From: Cyanobacteriota bacterium
Lineage (GTDB): Bacteria; Cyanobacteriota; Vampirovibrionia; Gastranaerophilales; UBA9971
NCBI GenBank assembly: GCA_022703625.1
Contig: JAKLDH010000001.1
Coordinates: 12,157 to 76,156, forward strand
Direction of reading: 5' to 3'
Length of the DNA stretch: 64,000 bases
The stretch's first letter is position 1, and each line of letters begins with the position of its first letter. The translations under genes and the position numbers were made by a program. The notes beneath the pieces are model-generated. The model was not told the DNA's origin and made no database searches. It saw only the letters and a list, made by a program, of their open reading frames with translations. Below, one piece after another: positions 18,161 through 26,808 of the stretch.

Positions 18161-18247
18161 AATAAAAATCATTAATATGTCCGCATTTAACGAGTTTCCC
18201 TTTATCCCGCAAGCAATTCATGTAATGAGTATTGTCGTTTAATATAC
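18161..18247 (+). repeat. conserved 85-nt 5'-element, copy 1 (upstream of the STAS-like ORF)
   Basis: AATAAAAATCATTAATATGTCCGCATTTAACGAGTTTCCCTTTATCCCGCAAGCAATTCATGTAATGAGTATTGTCGTTTAATATA aligns over its full length with 42691-42778 and with the reverse complement of 55571-55658. Confidence 0.7.
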
Positions 18248-18258
18248 CGGGAGTTTTT

Positions 18259-18627
18259 ATGATTTTTACAGTTAAAAATATTAAAAATACGGATATAATT
18301 AATATTCAGAATAAAAAATACAGTATATTTGAAATGGCGCTTTTATTTAAAACAATAATTAAATTAGCCGAGCAAAAAAACAGGCATGTAATAATAAATT
18401 TCAATCAGAAACAGGTTTTAAACAATTTATTTATAGAAACCCTTATGTCCGCCCAAAAATATTGTGACCGGACAAACAGCGTTCTTTCTTTGTGCGGGAT
18501 GAGGTCAGATACATTATGCGTTTTTTATTTACTTAAACTTGATAAACATTTTGAATTTTATGAAAATCAGTTTGACGCTGTAATAAGAGAAAACAGGCTT
18601 ATTAGAAGAAGGCTAAAAGCCGTTTAA
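18259..18627 (+). CDS. hypothetical protein, possible STAS-domain (anti-sigma-factor-antagonist-like) fold
   Basis: 122 aa from the ATG at 18259 (GGGAG Shine-Dalgarno upstream). The pattern 'HVIINFNQKQVLNNLFIETLMSAQKYC...VLSLCGMRSDTLCVFYLLKLDKHFEFYEN' resembles the STAS layout, but the usual phosphorylatable Ser position is not conserved. Confidence 0.35.
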   Translation: MIFTVKNIKNTDIINIQNKKYSIFEMALLFKTIIKLAEQKNRHVIINFNQKQVLNNLFIETLMSAQKYCDRTNSVLSLCGMRSDTLCVFYLLKLDKHFEFYENQFDAVIRENRLIRRRLKAV

Positions 18628-18754
18628 TATTTTTTTATTTAAAATTATCGTATAGCAATTTTTATACAATTTTTGTTTTTAATACTTTGGAAGGTCAATT
18701 TTCGTTTGTTTAAAAAACAGAAAATTTTTATCCGGTCAGGAGCAGTAAGAAGTT

Positions 18755-19171
18755 ATGTCAGAAGTCTATTTTCCTATTTATAACGATCTTTTACATAAAT
18801 TAAACAATCTGTCAGAAAAATCAGAAAATCTGACGGAAGAATTAAAGCGCAGTAATGGAAAATTAGACAATTTAAAAAATATCAAAGAAAGTATCCTGTT
18901 GAAAATACAAACATTTAAGGGCATACCTGCCGATCAACAGCTCACTCATAATTGGAAGCATGTTTTACAGGAAATAAGAAAAACTCAACAGCAAATATCT
19001 AGTCTTCAGGCTGAAAGAGATAAATTAGGAAAAAAAGAAGAAGTTTTAGAAGGCGCAAGACAACTTGCGTTTAATCAGTTTAAAAACAAAAAACCCCGAC
19101 CAAAATCCATTTTAGGTTTTGGAAATGATTCGTTGTGGGATAATAATTCTGACTCACAATCAATTTATTAA
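18755..19171 (+). CDS. hypothetical coiled-coil protein (138 aa)
   Basis: Heptad-rich, charged sequence. No recognisable motif. Confidence 0.5.
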   Translation: MSEVYFPIYNDLLHKLNNLSEKSENLTEELKRSNGKLDNLKNIKESILLKIQTFKGIPADQQLTHNWKHVLQEIRKTQQQISSLQAERDKLGKKEEVLEGARQLAFNQFKNKKPRPKSILGFGNDSLWDNNSDSQSIY

Positions 19172-19191
19172 AAAATTAAAGGCAAATTAAT

Positions 19192-19731
19192 ATGATAAAT
19201 ATCGAAAATTCATTAATCCTGATAATTGATATTCAGGAAAAACTTGTAAATATGCTGCAAAAAGATACTATATCAAATAAAGCCGCTAAATTGCTTAATG
19301 CCGCAAAAATTCTTGACATTCCGAGTATCGTAACAGAACAATACCCAAAAGGACTTGGAGCAACAGTAAACGAACTAAAACAGGAAGCAACAAATAAAAC
19401 AATATTTTTTGAAAAAACTTCTTTCAGCGCATGTCGGGAAAACGGCTTTAAAGATATTTTAGAAGGATTTAAAAGAAAAAATATACTTATATGCGGAATT
19501 GAAGCTCATGTTTGCGTTTATCAGACAGCAGCAGACTTGATCACGCAAGATTATGAAGTTCATTTATTTCAGGATATAATTTCTTCACGAAATGAATTTG
19601 AACTTAATATAAGCGTCGAGAAAATGAAATCATTAGGAGCAAACATGACTTCTTTTGAAATAGTTCTTTTTGAGCTTTTAAAAACTTCAAAACACCCTAA
19701 TTTTAAAGAAATACAAACTTTGATTAAATAA
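19192..19731 (+). CDS. isochorismatase-family cysteine hydrolase
   Basis: 'LIIDIQEK' N-terminus and the catalytic-Cys region 'ILICGIEAHVCVYQTA'. Confidence 0.8.
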   Translation: MINIENSLILIIDIQEKLVNMLQKDTISNKAAKLLNAAKILDIPSIVTEQYPKGLGATVNELKQEATNKTIFFEKTSFSACRENGFKDILEGFKRKNILICGIEAHVCVYQTAADLITQDYEVHLFQDIISSRNEFELNISVEKMKSLGANMTSFEIVLFELLKTSKHPNFKEIQTLIK

Positions 19732-19746
19732 TTGCATTAAACAGAA

Positions 19747-21069
19747 ATGAAAAAAGTAGCGTTACAAACCCTGGGATGCAGAGCCAATCAGCTTGAATCC
19801 TCAATAATAATCGATAAATTCTTGAAATTAGGCTGGGAAGTCGTTAATTTTAACAGTTTTGCTGATATTTACATAATAAATACATGCACTGTAACCGGAA
19901 AAAGCGACAATTCTTCTTTGTCTTTTGTTAGAAAAGCTAAAAAGATTAATCCTGCGGCAAAAATTATAATTGCAGGTTGCTATCCTCAGGTCGCCGCCGA
20001 AGAAATAGCCAAAATTCAGGACATTGATCTTGTTATAGGCAACGCAGAAAAACTTAACCTGCCTGAATTATTAGAAAAACATGATGTTTTTAATGAGAAC
20101 TCAGGCAAAATTTATGTTTCAGACATAATGAAAGAAGAAAAATTCAGGGACGAAACGGTTTTATCTGCTTCAGGAAGAGTAAGAGCAAATATTAAAATAC
20201 AAGATGGCTGCAATTACAGATGTTCATACTGCATAATCCCCTATGCAAGAGGAAAAAGCAGAAGCAAAGAGCTTTACGGAACAATTGAACAGATTAAACA
20301 AATTACAGACAAAGGTTTTAAAGAAATTGTCCTGTCCGGAATTCATCTGGGACAATGGGGACTTGATTTAAATCCGCAAAAGACGTTGTTAACGCTTTTA
20401 GAAGAAATTGAAAAAATATCGGAACTTAAAAGATTCAGGTTAAGTTCTTTAGACCCCATGGAACTTAATGAAGAAATGATAACCTTTCTTGCAAATTCCG
20501 AAAAGTTTTGCAGGCATTTGCATATTTCTCTTCAAAGCGGCAATAATGAAGTTTTAAAAAGGATGAACAGGCGTTATACCGTTGAATATTACTCTGAATT
20601 AATAAATTCCCTTGTTGAAAAAATCCCTTTTATAAATATAGGCAGTGATATAATAGTAGGATTTCCCGGAGAAACAGACGCTAATTTTGAAAACACTTAT
20701 GAAAACCTGAAAAAACTTTCTATTGGTTATATACATATATTTCCGCATTCCAAAAGAAAAAACACTCCTGCCGCCATAATGCGGGATCAGGTAGACGAAA
20801 AAGTTAAAAAATATAGAGCCGCAAGACTAAAAGCGCTTGCAGCGGAGAAAAGTCTTGAATTCAGAGAAAAACTTGTGGGTAATGAGTTTGAAATTATTGT
20901 GGAAAATACTCGTGATAAAAATACCGGACTTTTAAAAGGAATGACCGATAATTTTATTTCCACGCTGATTGCAGGAGATAATGAGTTAAAAAATCAGCTT
21001 GTAAGAGTAAAAATAACCTCTACTGATGAAAAAACTACTTTTGGTCAAAGCAATTCAAGCCTATATTAA
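19747..21069 (+). CDS. mtaB: MiaB-like radical-SAM methylthiotransferase (MtaB type)
   Basis: N-terminal UPF0004 'TLGCRANQLES...NTCTVT', radical-SAM 'CNYRCSYCIIP' and a C-terminal TRAM-like region. Confidence 0.85.
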   Translation: MKKVALQTLGCRANQLESSIIIDKFLKLGWEVVNFNSFADIYIINTCTVTGKSDNSSLSFVRKAKKINPAAKIIIAGCYPQVAAEEIAKIQDIDLVIGNAEKLNLPELLEKHDVFNENSGKIYVSDIMKEEKFRDETVLSASGRVRANIKIQDGCNYRCSYCIIPYARGKSRSKELYGTIEQIKQITDKGFKEIVLSGIHLGQWGLDLNPQKTLLTLLEEIEKISELKRFRLSSLDPMELNEEMITFLANSEKFCRHLHISLQSGNNEVLKRMNRRYTVEYYSELINSLVEKIPFINIGSDIIVGFPGETDANFENTYENLKKLSIGYIHIFPHSKRKNTPAAIMRDQVDEKVKKYRAARLKALAAEKSLEFREKLVGNEFEIIVENTRDKNTGLLKGMTDNFISTLIAGDNELKNQLVRVKITSTDEKTTFGQSNSSLY

Positions 21070-21153
21070 ACTAAAAAAGTTTTCGTTAATTTGCTAAAGA
21101 GCTGATATCTATAGCCCGCAAGCTAAGACTTTACAAAAATCGCCTTTTTTATT
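21070..21153 (+). repeat. family-B element, internally deleted, left end degenerate
   Basis: AAGTTTTCGTTAATTTGCTAAAGAGCTGATATCTATAGCCCGCA joined directly to GACTTTACAAAAATCGCCTTTTTTATTTA. Both GC hairpins are missing. Begins right after the mtaB stop (21067-69). Confidence 0.6.
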
Positions 21154-21155
21154 TA

Positions 21156-21487
21156 TACCAATTTAAATAAGTTTTCGTTAATTGGTAAAAAAGCTAATAT
21201 TTACAGCCCGCGCCGCCCTGCGGGCGGCACGGGCTAGGTAAGGGTATAGCAGGTGTTTTGCCTTCGGCAAAACACCTGCTAATTAATACCAAGTTGCAAT
21301 CAAACAATTACTATTTCTTTGATGTGGTTTTCGCCGGCAAAGCCGGCGAAAACCACATCAAATCTTCTCCCCCTCCCTTCAGGGAGGGGTTAGGGGGAGG
21401 GTGATTTCATACTACATTGATTGCAACTTGGTATAAGGATTTATAAAAATCATCTTTTTTATTTAACGGTTTTTAAATTGATTAGCA
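21156..21487 (+). mobile_element. family-B MITE interrupted by a family-A MITE
   Basis: TACCAAT at 21156 preceded by TA. The right end is the degenerate ATTAGCA (21481-87) followed by TA. Body matches B1/B4/B8 on both sides of the A insertion. Confidence 0.75.
21287..21433 (+). mobile_element. family-A MITE nested in B (different hairpin cargo)
   Basis: TIRs TACCAAGTTGCAATCAA / TTGATTGCAACTTGGTA flanked by TAA (21284-86) and TAA (21434-36). Cargo is the hairpins GATGTGGTTTTCGCCGGC/GCCGGCGAAAACCACATC and CTCCCCCTCCC/GGGAGGGG. Confidence 0.8.
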
Positions 21488-21506
21488 TAAAATCAATGTA
21501 GGTCTT

Positions 21507-22820
21507 TTATAAAATTTCATAATTTAATAACCGGCTTATCCAGCTAAAAAGCGTCATTAACTCATAAGGTTTCGGTATATAAAGATCAGCTCCGGTATTT
21601 AAGATTTTTTCCTTTGCGCATTTAACAGTTGTAACTATAAGCCTAATATTAGAATGATTTTTCTTTATATTATCGCATATTTCAAGTTCATTTTCTGTAT
21701 TTTCCATCCCTGTGTCAAAAATTACAAGATGAGGTTCGGTTTTCTGTATTGTTTCAATGACTTGATCGCTTGAACTTATCGCTTCCACAACATAACCCTG
21801 CATTTCAAGGGTTGTAACCAACAGGTACGTTAAAGCGGCATCGTTTTCAACAATTAAAATTCTTTTAACATAATCTTTTTTTTCTTCGCTTCCTGAAATT
21901 TTAAGCCTGTCGCTAATCCAGTATGAGCCTGTTTTAAATTTTGCAATCCTGTGAACATCCATAGCGTTGTTAACAAGCTCTTCAAAACTTTCAAAAGTCT
22001 TATGCTTGTTTGATACAATCCCAATACTGACTGACACAAAAGGAATTCTCCTTCCAAGTTTTTCATCGCCGTTTAAAATAAGGTATCCTCGGTTAATATC
22101 CTCATTTGTATAAAACTTTTGCGCAACCATGTCAAAGGAATAACTAAGAAAAACAGCTATTTTTTCAGCTTTTTCAGGCGAAGTGAATATTACAAACTCG
22201 TCCATTCCGACTCTGCCTAAAAAATCGTTGTCATTAAGAGCGGTTCTGATTATGGCTATAAAAGTTTGCAAAAGCCTGTCAGACGCTATATGCCCGTAAG
22301 TTTCCCTGTAAGGCTCAAAATTATCTATGTCAATATACATTAAAGAATATTTAGCGCCGGAATCCATTTCAAATTTTCTTTTTAAAATCCGGTATGAAAC
22401 AGTTGCGCCGAACAATTTAGTGGAAGGATCTGTTAATTCTTCCATACGTCTTCTTAGATGAGCAAATATCCTTAAAGAAAGCTCTTTTGCGTCTATTGAT
22501 TCATGATGATAATCATCTGCTCCGGCTTGTAGAATTTCTATTTTTCTTTCAACAGATTCAACGCCGGATAAAATCATAAGAACCGGTCTGTATAAACTGG
22601 TTTTTTGTCTTATTTTAGAGCAAATTTGGGTTATATCTTCCTTAAAATTATCGTGAACAATTATTATATCCGGTTCAAATTTTTCAATTGTTTCAAAACC
22701 CTCAGGCAAATTATCCGTATTCAGGATGCGGACAAAGGAATCATTCTCAAGAACGCTTTTTATATAAGCAGTTTGTTCTTTTTTAGCGTCAAATATCATT
22801 ATAAACTGCATTAAAAACAT
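21507..22820 (-). CDS. response regulator: pseudo-receiver - degenerate GGDEF - canonical receiver
   Basis: The ORF track starts at 22859, but the first 13 codons lie in the E-type repeat. The ATG at 22820 has GAGGTG 5 nt upstream. Central 'RVGMDEF' replaces GGDEF. C-terminal REC has 'ILIVEND', 'LVIFDTGM' and 'YIPKP'. Confidence 0.75.
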   Translation of the reverse strand: MFLMQFIMIFDAKKEQTAYIKSVLENDSFVRILNTDNLPEGFETIEKFEPDIIIVHDNFKEDITQICSKIRQKTSLYRPVLMILSGVESVERKIEILQAGADDYHHESIDAKELSLRIFAHLRRRMEELTDPSTKLFGATVSYRILKRKFEMDSGAKYSLMYIDIDNFEPYRETYGHIASDRLLQTFIAIIRTALNDNDFLGRVGMDEFVIFTSPEKAEKIAVFLSYSFDMVAQKFYTNEDINRGYLILNGDEKLGRRIPFVSVSIGIVSNKHKTFESFEELVNNAMDVHRIAKFKTGSYWISDRLKISGSEEKKDYVKRILIVENDAALTYLLVTTLEMQGYVVEAISSSDQVIETIQKTEPHLVIFDTGMENTENELEICDNIKKNHSNIRLIVTTVKCAKEKILNTGADLYIPKPYELMTLFSWISRLLNYEIL

Positions 22821-22983
22821 TAAGGCACCTCTAAAAACTAACTTTTTTGAAATTTTCATAAAATTTGACTGGGGTTTGTTGTAGGGGCTTCGCCCCTACA
22901 CACAAACTTCTCCCCCCTTTGAAGGGGGGTAGGGGGGTAGATATAAAAAATAAAATTCTTTTGTTTTTAGAAACTCCCATTAA
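22820..22983 (+). mobile_element. family-E MITE (164 bp) filling the kinase-regulator spacer
   Basis: Aligns end to end with the reverse complement of 42457-42620. Ends are TTAAGGCACCTCTAAAAA ... TTTTTAGAAACTCCCATTAA. Hairpins GTAGGGGCTTCGCCCCTAC and CCCCCCTTTGAAGGGGGG. Confidence 0.75.
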
Positions 22984-24068
22984 TTATGCTCCTGAAATCT
23001 TTGTTGAGCCTGCATTTCAGCAGAAGCAACCGGCAGGGTCAATTTAAAAACAGAACCTTTATCGTTGCTTGTTGCTGTGATATCGCCTTTCATGCTTTTT
23101 ACAAGAGATTTTGTAATATATAAACCAAGCCCTGTCCCTTGAACCTGACGAGTAAGAGGATTATCAATTCTTGAAAATTTAGTGAAAATTTTTGTTAAAA
23201 ACTCCTCCGGAATTCCAAAACCCTGATCTTTAATTTTTATTTCTATTTTATCAGTGTTGTTTTGAGCAAAACCAGCCTCAATAGTAACAATGGTTGCGGG
23301 TTTTGAGTATTTTAGAGCATTATCAACAAGATTCATCATAACTTGTTCAAGTTTATCGGAATCTCCCCATATAGGAGGCAGATTGGGAAGGATATTCACT
23401 TCTATTTTATGCTCTTTTGCTTTATGCTGAAGGTTGTTCAGAATAGTGTCTATCATTTCTTTACTATTTATAGCCTTATAAATAGTTTTAGAGCTTTTAG
23501 CTTCAAGCTTTGAAACTGTAAGCAGATTTTCAACAAGTCTTGCCAGTCTGTCTGTTTGACTTTTAATGATGCTTATAAATCTTATGCGTTGTTCTTTGGT
23601 TAAATTATCTCCGGCGGCAAGCAGGGTTTCGGCAAAACCTTTTATGCTTGTCAGAGGAGTTCTTAACTCGTGGCTTACTGTGCTGACAAAATCCAGATGA
23701 GCCTGATTTAAAAAAACTATGTCAGAAAAGGGAATTACCAGATAAATAATATAATTTTCTTTTATTACGGTTTTATTTATTCTTACACAGTTTAGTTTTT
23801 CATTTTTATCTTTTAATTCTCCGAGCTGATAGGTCAAATTTGTCTGATCTTCCTGCTCGTTCATTTCCTGACAAACGGCGCAGGCTTCTTTTGAAGAAGG
23901 TCTTATCACTTCAAAAACATTTTTATCTACAAGTTCTTCTTTTAAATAACCTGAAATTTTCTCAAATTTAGCGTTTACCTCTATAATTTTATGTTCAGAG
24001 TTGCAAATTGCTACTCCTTCAGGCAAATTTTCTATAATTTTTTTATAAAAATCTTTTTCAGTATACAT
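22980..24068 (-). CDS. PAS-domain sensor histidine kinase
   Basis: H-box 'SHELRTPLTSI', N-box 'NLVDNALKYS' and G-boxes 'DQGFGIP' / 'GTGLGLYI'. N-terminal PAS-like region. Confidence 0.88.
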   Translation of the reverse strand: MYTEKDFYKKIIENLPEGVAICNSEHKIIEVNAKFEKISGYLKEELVDKNVFEVIRPSSKEACAVCQEMNEQEDQTNLTYQLGELKDKNEKLNCVRINKTVIKENYIIYLVIPFSDIVFLNQAHLDFVSTVSHELRTPLTSIKGFAETLLAAGDNLTKEQRIRFISIIKSQTDRLARLVENLLTVSKLEAKSSKTIYKAINSKEMIDTILNNLQHKAKEHKIEVNILPNLPPIWGDSDKLEQVMMNLVDNALKYSKPATIVTIEAGFAQNNTDKIEIKIKDQGFGIPEEFLTKIFTKFSRIDNPLTRQVQGTGLGLYITKSLVKSMKGDITATSNDKGSVFKLTLPVASAEMQAQQRFQEHN

Positions 24069-24136
24069 TTTAAAAACTCCACCTAAATTATATCAGGTTC
24101 ATAGCAATCGATAAAAAAATTAAGTATTTTATAATA

Positions 24137-24829
24137 TCAGAAAAGAAAAGCTTGAATTATTTTAAAATCTTCTTCAGTTGTTATTTTTATGTTTTTATAA
24201 CTTCCTTCGCTGACAAAAACCTTATATCCGGCTTTTTCCATAAGAGCAGAATCGTCTGTCAGGTTTTCGCCTTCAAAAAGCTCGTGGGCTTTTAAAATCT
24301 CCGCAAATCTAAATGCCTGCGGAGTTTGTATCTGCCAAAGTTCCTGCCTGTTTAACGTTTCAATAACCTCTCCTGTTAAATTATTAACTCTTTTTATAGT
24401 ATCTTTAACAGGAACAGCGGTTATGCAGGCATTTTTTTCAAGTGCGGTTAAAATTGTGTTTTTTATTACATCAACAGAGATTAAGGGTCTTGCTCCATCA
24501 TGAATTAAAACAAAATCAGGCTTTTTATCGGGTTCTATTAGCTTATTAAGCTCTTTTAGTCCTTTAAAAACAGATTCCTGACGCGTTTTTCCTCCTAAAA
24601 TAATTTTTTTTACTTTTAAAACATTATTTTTCTTAACCTCTTCGGAAATTTTTTCTATTAAATCCAAAGATGCGCAAATAATTATGTCTTCGATCTCTTC
24701 GACTGCGCTAATAGCGTTAATGGTATGTATAATTACAGGTATACCGTTTACTTCCTCTAAAAGCTTGTGTTTAAAGGAACTATATCTTTCTCCAGAGCCT
24801 GCGGCGGGTATTATTGCTGATATTTTCAT
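24137..24829 (-). CDS. ispD: 2-C-methyl-D-erythritol 4-phosphate cytidylyltransferase
   Basis: 'AIIPAAGSGERY' N-terminus and full-length IspD-like sequence. Confidence 0.9.
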   Translation of the reverse strand: MKISAIIPAAGSGERYSSFKHKLLEEVNGIPVIIHTINAISAVEEIEDIIICASLDLIEKISEEVKKNNVLKVKKIILGGKTRQESVFKGLKELNKLIEPDKKPDFVLIHDGARPLISVDVIKNTILTALEKNACITAVPVKDTIKRVNNLTGEVIETLNRQELWQIQTPQAFRFAEILKAHELFEGENLTDDSALMEKAGYKVFVSEGSYKNIKITTEEDFKIIQAFLF

Positions 24830-25839
24830 TTTTTAATCTGCCTAAAATGCTGAAACGCGCTGGAATTCAAAGTTTTGGAGTCTATTTTTAAACTTTTTCC
24901 ATCTTTAAATTTAACATAAGCGCCCGATTTTTCGTCAACTGATTTAACCGCGCCAATTTTTTTAACAAAAATTTCTTTTTTTAATTTTTCGTAAATTTCC
25001 TCAGAAACAGTTGCGACAAGTTCATAATCTTCTCCACCAAATAAAACCCGATTTATAACGGTGTTTTCATCGGCAAAAACTTCCCAAATATCCTTATCAT
25101 AAGGAATTTCTTCAAAATCAATTTCCATGCCGACATTGCTGGCTTGGCAAATTTTGTAAAGAGCGTCGCCTAGCCCGTCGCTTGAGTCCATCATCGCCGG
25201 TTTGTCAGCAAGTTTAAGGATTTCTCTGCCTTCTGCGATTCTGGGAACGGGATTTATATGAGAATTAATAAATTTTTTCTTTATTTCCTCTGAAATTTCT
25301 GAAATAGCGACTGTTTCGTTAAAAATTTCTTCCAACAAGCTAAGCCCTGTTGCGCTTGAACCGAAATTGCCGGTAACTATAATCACATCGCCGGGCTTGG
25401 CGGTTCTTCTGGAGGCAGGGATTAGTCCTTCCCCTGAGCCGACAGCGCATATACTTATGCTAATTTCTTTTGCCGCTGTTAAATCTCCGCCGATTACTAC
25501 GGTGCTATATTCCTGACATATCGAATTAACTCCTTTATAAAACTCTTTTATAAAGCTTTCATCTGTATTTTCAGGCATAGATAAAGAAATTAGGATATAT
25601 TGCGGGATTCCTCCGGAAGCCGCAATGTCGCTTAAGTTCACTGCAACTGACTTTCTGCCTAAATAATACGGATTTATGGTATTATGTCTGAAATGCACGT
25701 TTTCTATAAGTGTATCCTGCGTAAGGATAAGGTCTTTTTCAGGAATATACGCCGTATCATCGCCTATATACTTTACCGATTCAGGCAAAATACTTTTAAT
25801 TATATTTAAAAAAGTTTCTTCTTTCATAAAAAATTCCAA
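24826..25839 (-). CDS. thiL: thiamine-monophosphate kinase
   Basis: 'IGDDTAYI' and an AIR-synthase-related N/C domain pattern. Overlaps ispD by 4 nt. Confidence 0.85.
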   Translation of the reverse strand: MEFFMKEETFLNIIKSILPESVKYIGDDTAYIPEKDLILTQDTLIENVHFRHNTINPYYLGRKSVAVNLSDIAASGGIPQYILISLSMPENTDESFIKEFYKGVNSICQEYSTVVIGGDLTAAKEISISICAVGSGEGLIPASRRTAKPGDVIIVTGNFGSSATGLSLLEEIFNETVAISEISEEIKKKFINSHINPVPRIAEGREILKLADKPAMMDSSDGLGDALYKICQASNVGMEIDFEEIPYDKDIWEVFADENTVINRVLFGGEDYELVATVSEEIYEKLKKEIFVKKIGAVKSVDEKSGAYVKFKDGKSLKIDSKTLNSSAFQHFRQIKK

Positions 25840-25855
25840 AAGTTAAATTATATGC

Positions 25856-26806
25856 TTAAAAGAGCGGTCGGAAAACAGAAATGCCAAAATACACTGTAAA
25901 TAAAAACAAAAACAGCGAAATTAGGCTGAAAATTGCTGTTATTTCCGTTTTTTGTTCCTCAAGAGAAAATGCCTCAGTTTTTAATTCTTTGTAAATATTT
26001 CTAAAATCATTTTTAGTTTTTGCTCTAAAATATTTTCCGCCGGTAATGTTGGCTATTTCAAGAAGAGTTCCTTCGTCCAGCGCAGTAAGGTATCCGCCGC
26101 TGACATAAGCTCCTTTTTCGCTTCCTATGCCGACAGTATACACTGTAATTCCTTCTTTAGCCGCAATTTTCGCCGTACTAAGAGGAGAAATTCCCTGATT
26201 GCTTTCCCCGTCGGTAAGAAGAATTATAACAAGTCTATTGTCTTTTTCGCCGCCAATAGCTAACGCATTAACTGCCGCATCTATCGCTGATCCTATAGCC
26301 GTTCCTGGATTTAAATCCTTAATCGTAAGCTCTGAAAGGGAGGAAAGTATTTTTGAATGGTCTTCATTTGGCGACATCACAACTTGTGAGCTTCCATAAA
26401 AGTATTCAAGCCCTATTTTAATATTTTTTGGCGATTTTTTTATAAATTCAACAGCAGTGTCTTTTGCCGCTGTTAGTCTGTTTGGCGGCATATCGTCCGC
26501 TTCCATGCTTATAGATGTGTCAAAAACAAGCATTAATCTTACCGGATTAACAGGTATCTGTATTGATATATATGGTCTTGCAACAGCCAAAACCCCTGCT
26601 GTCACAGCAAATACAAATAAAATCATAAAATATTTTCTTTTATAATCAGGGGTATCGAGCATAGCTTTTTCTAAAAGCTCGATTCTGCTGAATTTCGCGC
26701 CTTTTACTTGCCTTTGTTCCGCAAAATGTCTTTCCAGATATCTAAATAAAGGCAAAATTAATATTAAAATCAGCGCAAATGACCATTCAAAGCCAAAGTT
26801 GCCCAA
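25856..26806 (-). CDS. VWA-domain membrane protein (BatA-like)
   Basis: N- and C-terminal TM helices. MIDAS 'VFDTSISM' ... 'LLTDGESN'. Confidence 0.8.
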   Translation of the reverse strand: MGNFGFEWSFALILILILPLFRYLERHFAEQRQVKGAKFSRIELLEKAMLDTPDYKRKYFMILFVFAVTAGVLAVARPYISIQIPVNPVRLMLVFDTSISMEADDMPPNRLTAAKDTAVEFIKKSPKNIKIGLEYFYGSSQVVMSPNEDHSKILSSLSELTIKDLNPGTAIGSAIDAAVNALAIGGEKDNRLVIILLTDGESNQGISPLSTAKIAAKEGITVYTVGIGSEKGAYVSGGYLTALDEGTLLEIANITGGKYFRAKTKNDFRNIYKELKTEAFSLEEQKTEITAIFSLISLFLFLFTVYFGISVFRPLF

Positions 26807-26808
26807 AA

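Noticed and set aside
18161-18247. Reading the 85-nt element as a sigma28 promoter (TTAAAGAGTTT ... CCGCAAG)
   Set aside because: The spacing fits roughly, but the critical CGA of the -10 is CGC and the -35 TAAA is present in only one of three copies. I kept this as an untested possibility only.
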